This document shows positions 43,011 to 54,639 of a DNA stretch of 64,000 bases, one piece after another. The stretch covers positions 1,952,001-2,016,000 of the forward strand of contig OZ001293.3 in the NCBI GenBank assembly GCA_963921275.4, given 5' to 3'. This DNA comes from an uncultured Hormoscilla sp. Its GTDB lineage: Bacteria > Cyanobacteriota > Cyanobacteriia > Cyanobacteriales > Desertifilaceae. The notes under the pieces are model-generated. The model did no database searches, had not been told where the DNA came from, and was given only the letters and a program-made list of their open reading frames with translations. The first letter of the stretch is position 1; every line of letters begins with the position of its first letter. The position numbers and the translations under genes are program-made.

Positions 43011-45860
43011 ATGCGGGTACCAATTGCGACTTATCGGCTTCAGTTCCGTCCGGAGTTTGGCTTTGCGTCAGCTCAAAAAATTCTGCCTTATCTGGCTGAA
43101 TTGGGGATATCAGATATCTACGCTTCCCCGATACTCAAAGCCCGATCGGGGAGTATCCACGGTTACGATGTGGTAGACACAAATCAAATTAACCCGGAAC
43201 TGGGAACGGAAGCAGAATTTGAATCTTTGATGGTCCAATTGCAAGAACGAGAAATGGGATGGGTACAAGATATCGTGCCTAACCACATGGCTTATGATAG
43301 CCAAAATCAATTCTTGATGGATGTTTTGATTCACGGACAGGACTCGGAATACTGTGAGTTTTTTGATATTGATTGGGAACATCCCTACGAAGATATCAGA
43401 GGCAAGGTGCTGACGCCGATGCTGGGGGATTTTTACGGCCAATGCTTGGAAAATGGGGAAATTAAATTAAGCTATGACGAAAGGGGGCTGAGTATTAACT
43501 ACTACCGTCTTAAAATCCCCCTCAGGATAGAATCCTACGCGAGTTTTCTGAATCATGATTTTGGACGACTGTCTCGATCCCTGGGACGCAGCCATCCAGA
43601 TGTGATAAAAATTTTGGGGATTCTATATATCGTTAAGAATATCCCATCGGAAACTGCGGGGATAGAGCGGAAAGAGCAGGGGGAATTTGTCAAGGGACTG
43701 CTTTGGGAACTATACAATGATAACCAGAAAGTGAAAGGGTTTATCGACCAGAACTTGAAAAGATTTAACGGAGAGGTGGGGAAACCGGAAAGTTTTGACC
43801 TGTTGGACGATCTACTGGGAGAGCAGTTTTTCTGCCTGTCCTTTTGGAAGGTAGGAGCAGAAGAACTCAACTATCGGCGTTTCTTTACGGTGAATGAGTT
43901 GATTTGTCTGCGCATAGAAGATGCGCAGGTTTTTGAGAAAACTCACGCTCTGATTGATAAGCTAGTAGGGTCAGGGAAGTTGACAGGACTGAGAATCGAC
44001 CACATTGATGGACTCTATGCTCCCACGGAATACTTGGAACGTCTCCGTGCCAAAATGGGGGATATATATATTGTCGCCGAGAAGATTCTGGAACTGGGAG
44101 AGGAATTGCCGAGTTCGTGGAAGCTCCAAGGTACGTCAGGATATGATTTCCTCAATCACGTGAATAGCCTTTTCTGTCAGAAGGAAAATGAAAATGCTTT
44201 TACCGATCTATACGAGCGCCTGACGGGTTTGAGACCAGTATATGAGGAAATGCTGGCGGACAAAAAGCGGCTGATTGCGGAAACGAATTTAGTCGGAGAT
44301 GTGAATAATTTGGCGCACCTGCTGAAAAGAATTGCCGGTGGATACCGATACGGACGGGATTTTACCTTGGAGGGATTGAGAAAGGCAATCCTAGAAGTAT
44401 TGGTGCAGTTTCCGATCTATTGTACTTATATCGATAGGGAGGGAGTGAGCGATCGGGCACGGGGATACTTGCAAGAGGCGATCGAAAAAACCAAAAGTCA
44501 GATTCCGCAGTTACTGAACGAAATCAACTTAATTGAAAAGTTCCTATTGCTGGAGTACGACGAGTGGCTTTCCGAATCAGAACGGGAACGGTGGTTGCAT
44601 TTTAGCATGAGATTTCAGCAATTCTCTGGTCCGTTGATGGCAAAGGGGATTGAGGATACTCTATTTTATGTCTACAACCGACTGGTATCTCTGAACGAGG
44701 TAGGGGGCCATCCGGATCGATTTGGCTTGGCGGTTTCTGAGTTTCACGAGTATAATCAGAAAAAACTGGCAGATTGGCCCCACGCCATGAATGCCACTTC
44801 CACCCACGATACGAAACGCAGTGAAGATACCCGGTTGCGCCTTAACGTGCTTTCGGAAATGCCGGAAGAGTGGGAACAGCAGGTGAAAAGTTGGCGGGAA
44901 ATGAACCGGGATAAGAAAACTGTGGTAGGGAAGCGCAGCATTCCCGATCGCAACGACGAGTATTTCCTGTATCAAAATATGTTGGGTGCATTTCCCGAAG
45001 CAGTTCTCCCTTTGCGTTGTCAGGTGGAACTAAAGAACGAGGGGTTAGAGGGGATCGATAAAGAGGAGTATACTGAATTTGTCGATCGGATCAAAGATTA
45101 CGTCATCAAGGCGGTGCGGGAAGCCAAAGTCCATACGGCGTGGTTGCGGGCGGATACAGAATATGAGGAGGGTTTTGTTGCCTTTGTCGATCAGATATTA
45201 AATCCTGGTGAAGAGAACGAATTTCTCTCATCATTTCGGGCCCTCCAGCAGCGGTTGGCGGTTTACGGCAGCTTCAATTCTCTGTCCCAAACCTTGCTGA
45301 AAATTGCCTCGCCGGGAGTGCCGGACTTTTACCAGGGGACGGAACTGTGGGATTTGAGTCTGGTGGACCCCGATAACCGCCGTCCAGTCAATTATGACGA
45401 TCGACTGTCATTTTTGCAAGAGATTAAACGCCGCTGCCAGACGGGAATGATGAGTTTGATTTCTGATTTGAAGGCAACCCGGGCCGACGGACGGATGAAG
45501 CTATTTTTGATCGCCCGCGCCTTGGAGGCGAGAAAACAATATTTGCCAGTTTTCCAGGAGGGAGATTATTTGCCTTTACAGGTGTCGGGTCAATATGCTA
45601 ACCATATAGTGGCTTTTGCGAGACACTATATGGGTAAGACCGCGATCGCAGTTGCCCCCCGCTTGCTCGCGCGCGTCATCGGACCGGAACAATATCCCCT
45701 CGGTACAGAAGTTTGGGGAGATACGCGCTTGGAAATTCCTGCCCATTTACAGTCTAACTGGATAGAGGCGATCGTGAACGAGGAAATTTCAGGTAACGCG
45801 GCGCTATCAGTCGGTGAAATTCTGCAATATTTCCCAGTTGCACTTTTAGTTAGTTCGTAG
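43011..45860 (+). CDS. treY: Malto-oligosyltrehalose synthase
   Basis: ATYRLQF, HGYDVVD, DIVPNHM, LRIDHIDGL, STHDTKRSED, PGVPDFYQG, LVDPDNRRPV; AAGGAG RBS before ATG 43011. Confidence 0.96.
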   Translation: MRVPIATYRLQFRPEFGFASAQKILPYLAELGISDIYASPILKARSGSIHGYDVVDTNQINPELGTEAEFESLMVQLQEREMGWVQDIVPNHMAYDSQNQFLMDVLIHGQDSEYCEFFDIDWEHPYEDIRGKVLTPMLGDFYGQCLENGEIKLSYDERGLSINYYRLKIPLRIESYASFLNHDFGRLSRSLGRSHPDVIKILGILYIVKNIPSETAGIERKEQGEFVKGLLWELYNDNQKVKGFIDQNLKRFNGEVGKPESFDLLDDLLGEQFFCLSFWKVGAEELNYRRFFTVNELICLRIEDAQVFEKTHALIDKLVGSGKLTGLRIDHIDGLYAPTEYLERLRAKMGDIYIVAEKILELGEELPSSWKLQGTSGYDFLNHVNSLFCQKENENAFTDLYERLTGLRPVYEEMLADKKRLIAETNLVGDVNNLAHLLKRIAGGYRYGRDFTLEGLRKAILEVLVQFPIYCTYIDREGVSDRARGYLQEAIEKTKSQIPQLLNEINLIEKFLLLEYDEWLSESERERWLHFSMRFQQFSGPLMAKGIEDTLFYVYNRLVSLNEVGGHPDRFGLAVSEFHEYNQKKLADWPHAMNATSTHDTKRSEDTRLRLNVLSEMPEEWEQQVKSWREMNRDKKTVVGKRSIPDRNDEYFLYQNMLGAFPEAVLPLRCQVELKNEGLEGIDKEEYTEFVDRIKDYVIKAVREAKVHTAWLRADTEYEEGFVAFVDQILNPGEENEFLSSFRALQQRLAVYGSFNSLSQTLLKIASPGVPDFYQGTELWDLSLVDPDNRRPVNYDDRLSFLQEIKRRCQTGMMSLISDLKATRADGRMKLFLIARALEARKQYLPVFQEGDYLPLQVSGQYANHIVAFARHYMGKTAIAVAPRLLARVIGPEQYPLGTEVWGDTRLEIPAHLQSNWIEAIVNEEISGNAALSVGEILQYFPVALLVSS

Positions 45861-45882
45861 GGTGGGCACTGCCCACCTTACC

Positions 45883-46176
45883 CAGGGCAAACGCATCTAT
45901 TGATTGAAATGCTTACTGGTTCTAATTGATTCTCTAACCCGGCTCTTCGGTACTTAGTATGGTATTTTGTCAAAAAAATCAGGTTGTAAGCTTTGCTGCG
46001 CAAGGCTTAGAGCCGCTTAGCCCTTAAAATGAAGGTAAAATAGCTTAATCAATTCGTGAAAGCATTACAATGCAAGGCTTTCGGCGATTTTTAGCTATCA
46101 ATTTAGCTTCCCAAGTCCCGAAGACCCTATAACCCTTACTGCCAAAGGCTTCCAGATATAGGATGCGTTTTCCCTG
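45883..46176. mobile_element. 294-bp MITE (IS4-like ends) inserted in a REP hairpin
   Basis: TIR CAGGGCAAACGCATC / GATGCGTTTTCCCTG; perfect 10-bp TSD CCACCTTACC. Confidence 0.88.
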
Positions 46177-46240
46177 CCACCTTACCCGGGTGCTGATGTA
46201 GATGTAGGATGGGCACTGCCCACCTTAAGCTATGAATTAG

Positions 46241-46266
46241 GGCGTTGCACAACTACGGGATGATAG
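46241..46266 (+). mobile_element. Solo end of the IS1-family element
   Basis: GGCGTTGCACAACTACGGGATGAT is nearly identical to the TIR at 40738. Confidence 0.7.
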
Positions 46267-46334
46267 AGGTTGCTAATTGTGGTTAGACGCCTGTCCTACG
46301 CCTCAGACAGATCTTGTCGTCCGTCCTACGCCTC

Positions 46335-48740
46335 TTATTTGAAGTAGGCAATAGTAACGCCTGTGCCGCCGCTATTTTGTTGCGCTAACTCAAACCGATC
46401 GATCTGAGGATGTTGCTGCAAAAAGTCATGTACTCCTTCTCTGAGTTTACCCGTACCTTTGCCGTGAATAATCCACAGGGCACCAGTTCCCGAAGTATAT
46501 CCTTTGGCGATCGCCTTTTCTAAGTCGGCCTCAGCATCTGCCACCCGACTTCCCCGCAAGTCCACAGTATTGCTTTCGGTTTGCACTACGGGACCGGGTT
46601 TGGGGGGTGGAAGAGTTGCTGCGGGTTTCGGTTTGGGTTGTTCGACTTTTTGTCCGTCTAGAGATTCAATTTCCGTAAAGGAAATCGTCATCTTCATCAA
46701 ACCAAACCGCACTGTTACTTCCCCATCCGCTTCGGAAACATTCAAGACATCACCCGTTTGCCCTAAGCTAGGAATGCGCACCTTGTCTCCTACTTGCGGT
46801 TTGTAAGCAGGTTTTGGTTTGGGTGGCGCTGTTTTAGAAGGCAGATAAATTTCAACAATTTTATTTACCTCCTCCGTGGCTCTTTGCGCCCTTTGAGCCA
46901 GGACTGGTCCTTGCTGTAACTTGCGAATTACCCGAGCAATTTCTTTCTTTGCTTCGGCGATCGCCTCTTGCACTGCTATTTCCTGCTGCTGTCGCAACTT
47001 TTGCTCTTGTGCTTGCAAAGCTGATGCTTTCTGGGAGACTTCTTCATGGAGGCGTTCTGCTTGTGCTACTAGCTTAGATGCCTGTTTTGCCTTCCTTTCC
47101 TGACGCCGACGTTGTGCTTCTAAACCGGCAATTACTTGATTAACATCTTGCTCGTTACCGCCTATATAACCTCGCGCCAGTTCGACTATTTCGTGGTTCA
47201 ATCCCAAGCGGCGGGCAATGGTTAAAGCATTGGAACGACCGGGTATTCCCCATAGCAGTCGGTAGGTGGGTTGCAGAGACTGATTGTCAAACTCCACCGA
47301 GGCATTTTCAAAGCGATCGTCTTCATATTTGAGCGCTTTCAGTTCCCCAAAATGGGTCGTGGCCACCGTCAGTTGGGCGTTGCTGGCCAGGTATTGCAAG
47401 AGGGCGATCGCCAAGGCACTGCCTTCGGAGGGGTCTGTTCCCGCACCGACTTCATCTAATAGTACCAATTCGGCATTTCCCAATGCCTGTAATATCCGAG
47501 TAATGCGACGAATGTGACCTGAGAAAGTAGATAAACTCTGTTCTAAAGATTGTTCGTCCCCAATATCGGCGAGGATTTTGTCAAACCAGGGCAATTCTAC
47601 CGGTTCTCGCGCGGGCACGAAGAGACCGACTTTGGCCATCAATGCTGCTAACCCCAGGGTTTTCAGAGTCACGGTTTTCCCACCCGTATTGGGACCAGTA
47701 ATAGCCACTACTTTTATGGACGGTGCTACGATCAAATCTACTGGAACTACCGTCGGACCTTGTTCGTGCTGCTGTTGCCAGACTAGCAGGGGATGGCGCA
47801 GTTGTCGCAGGGTAATGCTTTCTCCTCCCCCTCTATCTATGAAGCGGGGCGGGTTTGCTTCCAACCATAAACTATAACGCGCTCTTGCTGTTGCTAAGTC
47901 CAGGGCCGTCGCGATCGCCAATAATCTTTCCAGGTCCTCCTTGACTTCAGCTATTTCTGTTGTTAAATCTCGGAGAATCGCTTCTTCCTCTGCTTCCTCC
48001 TGGCGTTGCAGTTGGCGTAGTTGGTTCCCCAGGGGGACGATCGCGTGAGGTTCCACGTAGAGAGTAGCACCCGTAGTGGAGGTATCGTGAACGATGCCGG
48101 GTATGGCGGACTTTTGGGGTGCTTTGACTGGAAGCACGAAGCTATCGCCCCGTTGAGTAATCGTATTTTCCTGCACGGCAGCGAACTTCCGCTGCAAAAT
48201 CCCTTGCAGAGTCTGATAAATGCGGTCTCGCAAACCTTTAAGTTGACTGCGGATACCGCTAAGTTTAGGACTAGCGCGGTCTGTGACTTTACCCTGGTCA
48301 TCGATGCAGCGGTTAATTTCCTGCTCAATTTCCGGATAGGTGCGCAGATCCGCCACCAGTTCCATCAGCACGGGCACATCTGGTTGGGCATCGATCTGGC
48401 GTCGCAAACGCCGCATTCCTGCCAGGGTAGTAGCGATATGTAAGAGTTCCGCACCCGACAAGATACCTTGCAGTTCGGCCCGTTCCAAGGACGCGCCAAT
48501 ATCCTGAATGCCTTCAAAAGACAGTACCGCAGTCAGTTGACTTTCTAGCTGGTATACTTCTTTAGTTTGGGCTAAGAGGGCGAGACTGCGATCTAAAGTT
48601 TCCGGAATTGCCAGATGACGCGCTGCTACCGCCCCCAGTTTAGTAGCGGCAAAGGTAGATAGATGCTGGCACAGGCGGGGCCATTCCAGTAGTTCTAAAG
48701 TTTCTGCTTGAATCACAACTGCGGCTGTCCTAGGTTGCAC
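46335..48740 (-). CDS. mutS2: Endonuclease MutS2
   Basis: TGPNTGGKT, SLSTFSGH, LLDEVG.GTDP.EG, TTH, C-terminal Smr IIHGKGTG; start may lie a few codons downstream. Confidence 0.97.
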   Translation of the reverse strand: MQPRTAAVVIQAETLELLEWPRLCQHLSTFAATKLGAVAARHLAIPETLDRSLALLAQTKEVYQLESQLTAVLSFEGIQDIGASLERAELQGILSGAELLHIATTLAGMRRLRRQIDAQPDVPVLMELVADLRTYPEIEQEINRCIDDQGKVTDRASPKLSGIRSQLKGLRDRIYQTLQGILQRKFAAVQENTITQRGDSFVLPVKAPQKSAIPGIVHDTSTTGATLYVEPHAIVPLGNQLRQLQRQEEAEEEAILRDLTTEIAEVKEDLERLLAIATALDLATARARYSLWLEANPPRFIDRGGGESITLRQLRHPLLVWQQQHEQGPTVVPVDLIVAPSIKVVAITGPNTGGKTVTLKTLGLAALMAKVGLFVPAREPVELPWFDKILADIGDEQSLEQSLSTFSGHIRRITRILQALGNAELVLLDEVGAGTDPSEGSALAIALLQYLASNAQLTVATTHFGELKALKYEDDRFENASVEFDNQSLQPTYRLLWGIPGRSNALTIARRLGLNHEIVELARGYIGGNEQDVNQVIAGLEAQRRRQERKAKQASKLVAQAERLHEEVSQKASALQAQEQKLRQQQEIAVQEAIAEAKKEIARVIRKLQQGPVLAQRAQRATEEVNKIVEIYLPSKTAPPKPKPAYKPQVGDKVRIPSLGQTGDVLNVSEADGEVTVRFGLMKMTISFTEIESLDGQKVEQPKPKPAATLPPPKPGPVVQTESNTVDLRGSRVADAEADLEKAIAKGYTSGTGALWIIHGKGTGKLREGVHDFLQQHPQIDRFELAQQNSGGTGVTIAYFK

Positions 48741-49885
48741 TGCTTTTACATTCTATCAACTCGGATTGCTAATGGCTAATTGCTAATGGCTAATTGCTAA
48801 TTGCCAAACGTGACCATATATTACCTGGTTCCAAGGCGGAGCCTTGGAACCACCCTGGGAGGCAGTAAAACGGGGCTCACTGAAGGTTTTTACTGAAACT
48901 ATTATCATGGAAGGGTTTCGGCTGCATTCCTACCGAAAATTTACACACGCTACGCTATTATTTAGGCTTGCTATAGATGCAGTTTGTATTAGGATGGGAA
49001 CCTTAATCTATTCCTTCTTCTTTCCCCAGTTTAGCGGTAATAAAAGGAGAGTGGATATCGAGAGACCTATTTTCATCAATAAATTTAAAGTTGGCATCCA
49101 ATATTAAAGTCATTTCCCTAATCAGATTATCTGGGCTTATTTTTTTTCCTGACTCTACAGACAAGTTATTTTTTAGAAAAAATTCAGTTATATCGAATAT
49201 TATGCTGGGGTTTCTTGCAATTTTTTACCGATAATATAACTGGATAATTCTACAGATAAAGGCTGTTTGAATATCACTTCTTCATAGAAATTATCCTTCT
49301 CATCTCAATAGCCAAATATGGTAAACTTAGAATATTGCAAATGCTCTTTTCCTATCGACGAGGCGATCGATAATTTCATTTTCCCAAATCTGATTAATTG
49401 TTGATTTCAGCATGGTTGTTTCCTTCAATTAATGTTCTGTCATTAACCCGGTAAAGTGTAATACCATATATGTCTTCCTTTTGCTCTTCGCTTTCAAGAT
49501 TCAAAGATTCAGCAATATATTGAGCATGGAAACGATAATTACCTCCTTTTCCAGATCCTCGGTAGTTATAGCATATAATTTAATATTTTTGCAAAAAAAT
49601 TATCATCAAATAAAAATCTGTTTGACCCACTGGCAGCAAGGGCGATCGCCATCGTCAGAGGCAAACTAGCTTCACTATTTAATTATACTTCTAGGAAGCC
49701 CGATCTCGTAGGACCGGTAGCCTGTCGGTGCGCACCGGGCTACTGGTCCTGCGCTGCGCAATCGCCGGTTGTCGGTGCGGTCGAGCAGCAGCAATACGGT
49801 AGGGGCACAAATCAGTTACCTGGTTCCGAGGCTCCGCCTTGGAACCCCCCTCGGAGGCTCCTGCCTCCCGATCATCTGTCGGAAG

Positions 49886-50110
49886 TTAAAAGCATAGCAT
49901 CAATATGGGGGTGCAGATGCGGTCTAATTCGCCAATGGCTTCTAGTTCGGTAGTCTCTGCTGAAGTTAGGCGATCGGCTTTTTTTCTGAACAGCAGTTCT
50001 TCCATGGGCTCTTGCAGGTCATCGGTAAATTTGAACAGCCTATGTTGGTCAACTTTTTCCAGCTTTATTTTGCCAATTAAGGATGATGGTCCCGTAACTA
50101 TTGTATTCAT
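49886..50110 (-). pseudogene. Small conserved hypothetical (antitoxin-like) protein with a damaged C-terminus
   Basis: LFKFTDDLQEPMEELL..KKADRLT..E..ELEAIGELDRI. Confidence 0.5.
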
Positions 50111-50215
50111 AATCCGATCTGACTGCAATTATTTTATATTACCTCGGTCAGCAGGCCATCGCTTTCTGATAATAGAGGCCCGAGGGGAGCGATCGCTTCG
50201 TCACCCCGCGTGTTT

Positions 50216-51182
50216 CTAAACCTGCCGATCCGGATCAATACCATTTTTTCGCAGAAGCGCTTTCAATCGTTCTCTTTCTTGTTGTGCAGCAGATGTTTCT
50301 GACTCAGTAGCTCTTATACGCTGTTGTACAGCAGATGTTTCTGACTCAGCAGCTCTTATACGCTGTTCTGCAGCTCTTATAGACTGTTCTGCAGCTCTTA
50401 TAGACTGTTCTGCAGCAGCTTTTTCTTGCTCAATAGCAGCTTTTGTCGCTGCATCAGTGGCAGGGGCAATCAAATCTCCTTTATCGGTCATCCACCGTTA
50501 ACCATAGTTGGTCGTAACCCAGATAGCTTCCTCGCCACAAACCTAGACTTAACTGAATTTCTGGTATCAACAATCGTCCCTCAGTTAGTGCTGTCATCCG
50601 GTAGCGGTTTCTCTCTAGCAGGAATACCTGAAGTTCCTCGGTATAACGACTATATATAACATAGTAAGGCACCCGCATAATTTGTTCGTACACTTGCCAC
50701 TTTGTGGATGGTTGCCCTGGTTCGATTGTTGCCAGACCTAAGTCCTCATCTTCCGTACCTGGGGATAATAACTCCACCACTATTAACGGGCTAACTTTTT
50801 CTTGCCACATGACATAGCTCAAACGCATGTTTCGCCCTTGATACAGTCGCGGCACTCCCACAACTCCGTATACGCAGTGCCGCACCGGGCTACGTGTCCT
50901 GCGCGTGCTCGCGACGCCGGAGCGCTACCAGTCGGGACTTTTATGCCATAAAGGATGATTGACATCGTAATATATATAGTGATCCAATTGACTGTAGACC
51001 ATTTCTGGAGCCCAGTTGAACGGCTGAAATGTTAACAGCAGCAGCATTGTTTGTAAGGAATGAAAACTGTCAGGGAAACCGGGATACTCTGGATTTTCAC
51101 TGGGTAAATCGTACATTGTCGGCAGGGGATGCCGAGGCAGTTCCTCTAAATTTGACGGTGTTGGTAGGGCAGTCATAGACAT
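50216..51182 (-). pseudogene. Uma2/DUF820 endonuclease with coiled-coil tail, copy A
   Basis: LPTMYDLPSENPE, PDW, SYVMWQE, VVELLSPGTEDEDLG; repeat insertion at ~50871-50926; frameshift near 50490; AAEQSIR 21-nt repeats. Confidence 0.88.
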
Positions 51183-51485
51183 GGCATCGGGGGTATAATT
51201 ATCAGGAGCATCTTGCCTTAGTATAACATACTCTATATTATCTGGTTCCTTCGAGGCGATGCCTTGGGTGCATCTCCATGCAAGAATTAAGAAACCTGGT
51301 TTCTGGGCTATTCGTGAAGATGTCCGCAGCAAAAGACCAGATGCACCCGATGCCTTGGAACCCTCTCCCGTAGAGGCGATCGCCTCCCGAGCGCTAGTCA
51401 GGGAACGAGGAAATTTTATAACCTCCCGTTCCCTGCCCTCGTTAGGGAACGAGGAAAATTTTGAATTTTGAATTTTGAATTGTTT

Positions 51486-51660
51486 ATGATGTTATCTTAT
51501 GAAAAAACCGATGCGGCGATCTGCTGCTTGCTGGGAACGGCGGTGGGAGATGCGATCGGGCTTCCTTATGAAGGGCTCTCAAAAGACCGACTCCAGAAAA
51601 TATATCATCACCCGAATAAAAATCACTTTTTCTTTGGCAAAGGGATGATTTCCGACGATT
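51486..51660 (+). pseudogene. ADP-ribosylglycohydrolase N-terminal fragment, copy A
   Basis: CLLGTAVGDAIGLPYEG...GMISDD then truncated. Confidence 0.85.
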
Positions 51661-51720
51661 TACCTACGAGAGTCAGGAAACGAGGCACGAGCAAGCGATC
51701 GCCTCGTGCCCTGCGTTTTT

Positions 51721-52492
51721 CTAAACCTGCTGTTCCGGGTCAATACCATGTTTTAGCAGGAGTGCTTTCAATTGTTCTATTTCTTGTTGTGCAGCTTCTT
51801 TTTCTTGTTTTTCTTGCTCAATAGCAGCTTTTGTCGCTGCATCAGTGGCAGGGGCAATCAAATCTCCTTTATCGGTCATCCACCGCAACCATAGTTGGTC
51901 GCAACCCATATAGTCTCCTCGCCACAAACCGAGACTTAACTGAATTTCTGGTATCAACAAACCTCCCTGAGTTAGTGCTGCCATCCGGTAGCGGTTTCTC
52001 ACCAGCCGGAATACCTGAAGTTCCTCGGTATAAGGCACCCGCAGAATTTGTTCGTACACTTGCCACTTTGTCGGTGGTCGCCCTGGTTCGCTTGTTGTCC
52101 GACCTAAGTCCTCATCTTCCGTACCTGGGGATAATAACTCCACCACTATTAACGGGCTAACGTTTTCATCCCACATGACATAGCTCAAACCCATGTCTCG
52201 CCCTTGATACAATCGCGGCACTCCCACAACTCCCGAACCAGTCGGGGAGTTTATACCATAAAGGATGATTGACATCGTAATAGATATTGCTATCGAATTG
52301 ACTGTAGACCATTTCTGGGGCCCAGTTGAGCGGCTGAAAGGTTAACAGCAGCAGCATTGCTTGTAAGGCATGAAAGTCGTCTGGCAAACCGGGTTCCTCT
52401 GGATTTTCACTAGGTAAATCGTACATTGTCGGCATGGGATGCCTCGGCAGTTCCTCTAAATTAGATGGTGTTGGTAGGGCAATCATAGACAT
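51721..52492 (-). pseudogene. Uma2/DUF820 endonuclease, copy B
   Basis: Near-duplicate of copy A; frameshift near 52235 and a short deletion near 52030. Confidence 0.88.
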
Positions 52493-52711
52493 GGCATCGG
52501 GGGTATAATTATCAGGAGCATCTTGCCTTAGTATAATATCCTCTATATTATCTGGTTCCTTCGAGGCGATGTCTTGGAACCCTCTCCCGTAGAGGCGATC
52601 TCCTCCCGAGCGCTAGTCAGGGAACGAGGAAATTTTATAACCTCCCGTTCCCTGCCCTCGTTAGGGAACGAGGAAAAATTTGAATTTTGAATTTTGAATT
52701 TTGAATTTTTT

Positions 52712-54639
52712 ATGATGTTATCTAATGCAAAAAACGATGCGGCGATCGGCTGCTTGCTGGGAAAGGTGATGGGAGATGCGATCGGACTTCCTTGCTAAGG
52801 ACTTTCAAAACACAGACTCCAGAAAATCTATCGTCACCCGAACAAACATCACTTTTTCTTTGGCAAAGGGATGATTTCCGACGATACAGAACATACTTGT
52901 ATGGTAGCCCAATCATTAATCGTCTCAGCAGGTGACGAACGAATTTTTGCTCGCGAACTCGCTGGGAGATTAAAATTATGGTTGCTGGGTTTGCCCGCAG
53001 GAGTGGGCTTCGCAACCTTAAGGGCAATATTAAAGTTATGGTTGGGATATTCATACCGTCGCAGTGGCGTTTTTTCTGCCGGCAACGGTCCCGCCATGCG
53101 CAGTGCTATTATTGGCGTATGTTACGGGGATAATCTCCCCAAAATGCGATCGCTAGTCAAGGTTTCCACCCGCCTTATAGGGAATCCGGTTGTACCATAG
53201 ATGCAAGTAGGAATGAGTTAGTATCAGAACAATGGGAAAGCGCCTGAGCATCAAAGAGCACATTGGTGTGGCAGAAATGGAGCAGCGGCAGAAGTTACAG
53301 GCTATGGCTTGCAATGGATTAGAGCTATAGCCCTTCGATATCTCTTGTCGTGCTCTTGTCCCATGGGACTCGGCACGCAAGAGATATCGCCGCTTCAACG
53401 CCGGGGGAGTCGAAGGGATTGGAGATGGTCGCCATCACAACCCGGGAGCTCAACCCTTGCTCGACGACCAGCAGCAAGCACAACTGGTGCAAGCCTTAGA
53501 GGGAGAACATCCCGGAGGTGGAAGATGGACCGGACCGAAGGTGGCTATGTGGATGAGCGAGCTACTAGTCCAGTGGCACCGCAGCGAGGATGGGAAGATC
53601 GAATCTGGGCTCCTCTACAGCATCAAAGTGCCCCGTCCTGAGCACAGGGAAGCAGACGAGCTTGAACAGCAGGAGTGGAAAAAAAAACTTCGAGAGCGTA
53701 AAGAGGCATTTTTTACCGAGCTAGGTAAACTCGTACGACTTTGGACTATGGACGAGCAACGCGCGCGGGCTTAAACCTGTACTTCGTCGAGATTGGTTTG
53801 CCTGGTGGTCGGAAGCCAGACGAACAGGCCGACCCGATAAACAACTAGTCCCTATACTGGCGTAAGAGATGGTGCTGGGTCTATAGCTTTGTCGAACCGA
53901 GTAGCGGCGAGAGTGAATGGTGGCTCTTCGAGGGAGTGGAGACGGAAATCATCAGTCGTATTCTCGAAGCTTTTGCGCAGGCGCAAGGCATTGATGAGGA
54001 GCATCCAGCGCTGCTGGTGCTAGAGCGAGCGGGATGGCACACTACACAGAAGCTCGAAATCCCGCCAGGTTTGTTCAAAGAGTTCCTCCCAGCATATTCT
54101 CCAGAATTACAACCAGCCGAGAGGCTATGGCCAGTGCGTTTCGGAGGCAATAATGAATCGGGTGTTCGATTCTTTGGAAGAACTCAAAGAGGTCATCTGC
54201 GAGCGTTGTCGCCAGCTCATCAATCAGCCCGAGATATTGCGGGCACTGACTCAATTTCACTGGTGGCCGATCGCGTAGCGTGGCGCAGCCATAGCTCGCT
54301 AATTGCAATGTCTGATTAACCGGATTCCATATTACCCATACCGACCCGAAAGCAGAATGGGGGGCCCTGGCAGTGGCGATCGCGGCATTTATTTCCAGCC
54401 AAAAAACCCTGGTTTCCCCCCAGGAATATTATCAAAAGCTAGCAGAAATCCTGGATGCAGAAGCTGCTGAATTTCTGACATTAATCCAGCAAGCTGCCGA
54501 CAGTGCCGCATCTCGGGAGACAGCAGCATCATTTTCTGCAAGCATAGGCAAGGGTCAGGGAGTCAGTGGCTACGTGTATCATACTGTCCCCGTGGTAATT
54601 CAGGTCTGGTTGCAACATCAAAGAGACTATAAGAGGGCG
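52712..54639 (+). pseudogene. ADP-ribosylglycohydrolase copy B, broken by a stop, IS630 and a group II intron
   Basis: MISDDTEH, SAGNGPAMR, STRL|THTDPKAEWG across the IS630, GVSGYVYHTVP; truncated at 54640. Confidence 0.88.
53178..54331 (+). mobile_element. IS630-family element, degenerate
   Basis: TIR TAGGGAATCCGGTT / AACCGGATTCCATA; (T)TA duplication; WTMDE, AGWH, FLPAYSPELQPAERLW in broken frames. Confidence 0.9.

Noticed and set aside
50187..52884. Diversity-generating retroelement TR/VR pair
   Set aside because: Differences between the copies are not adenine-specific, the repeats are whole genes, and no RT is present.
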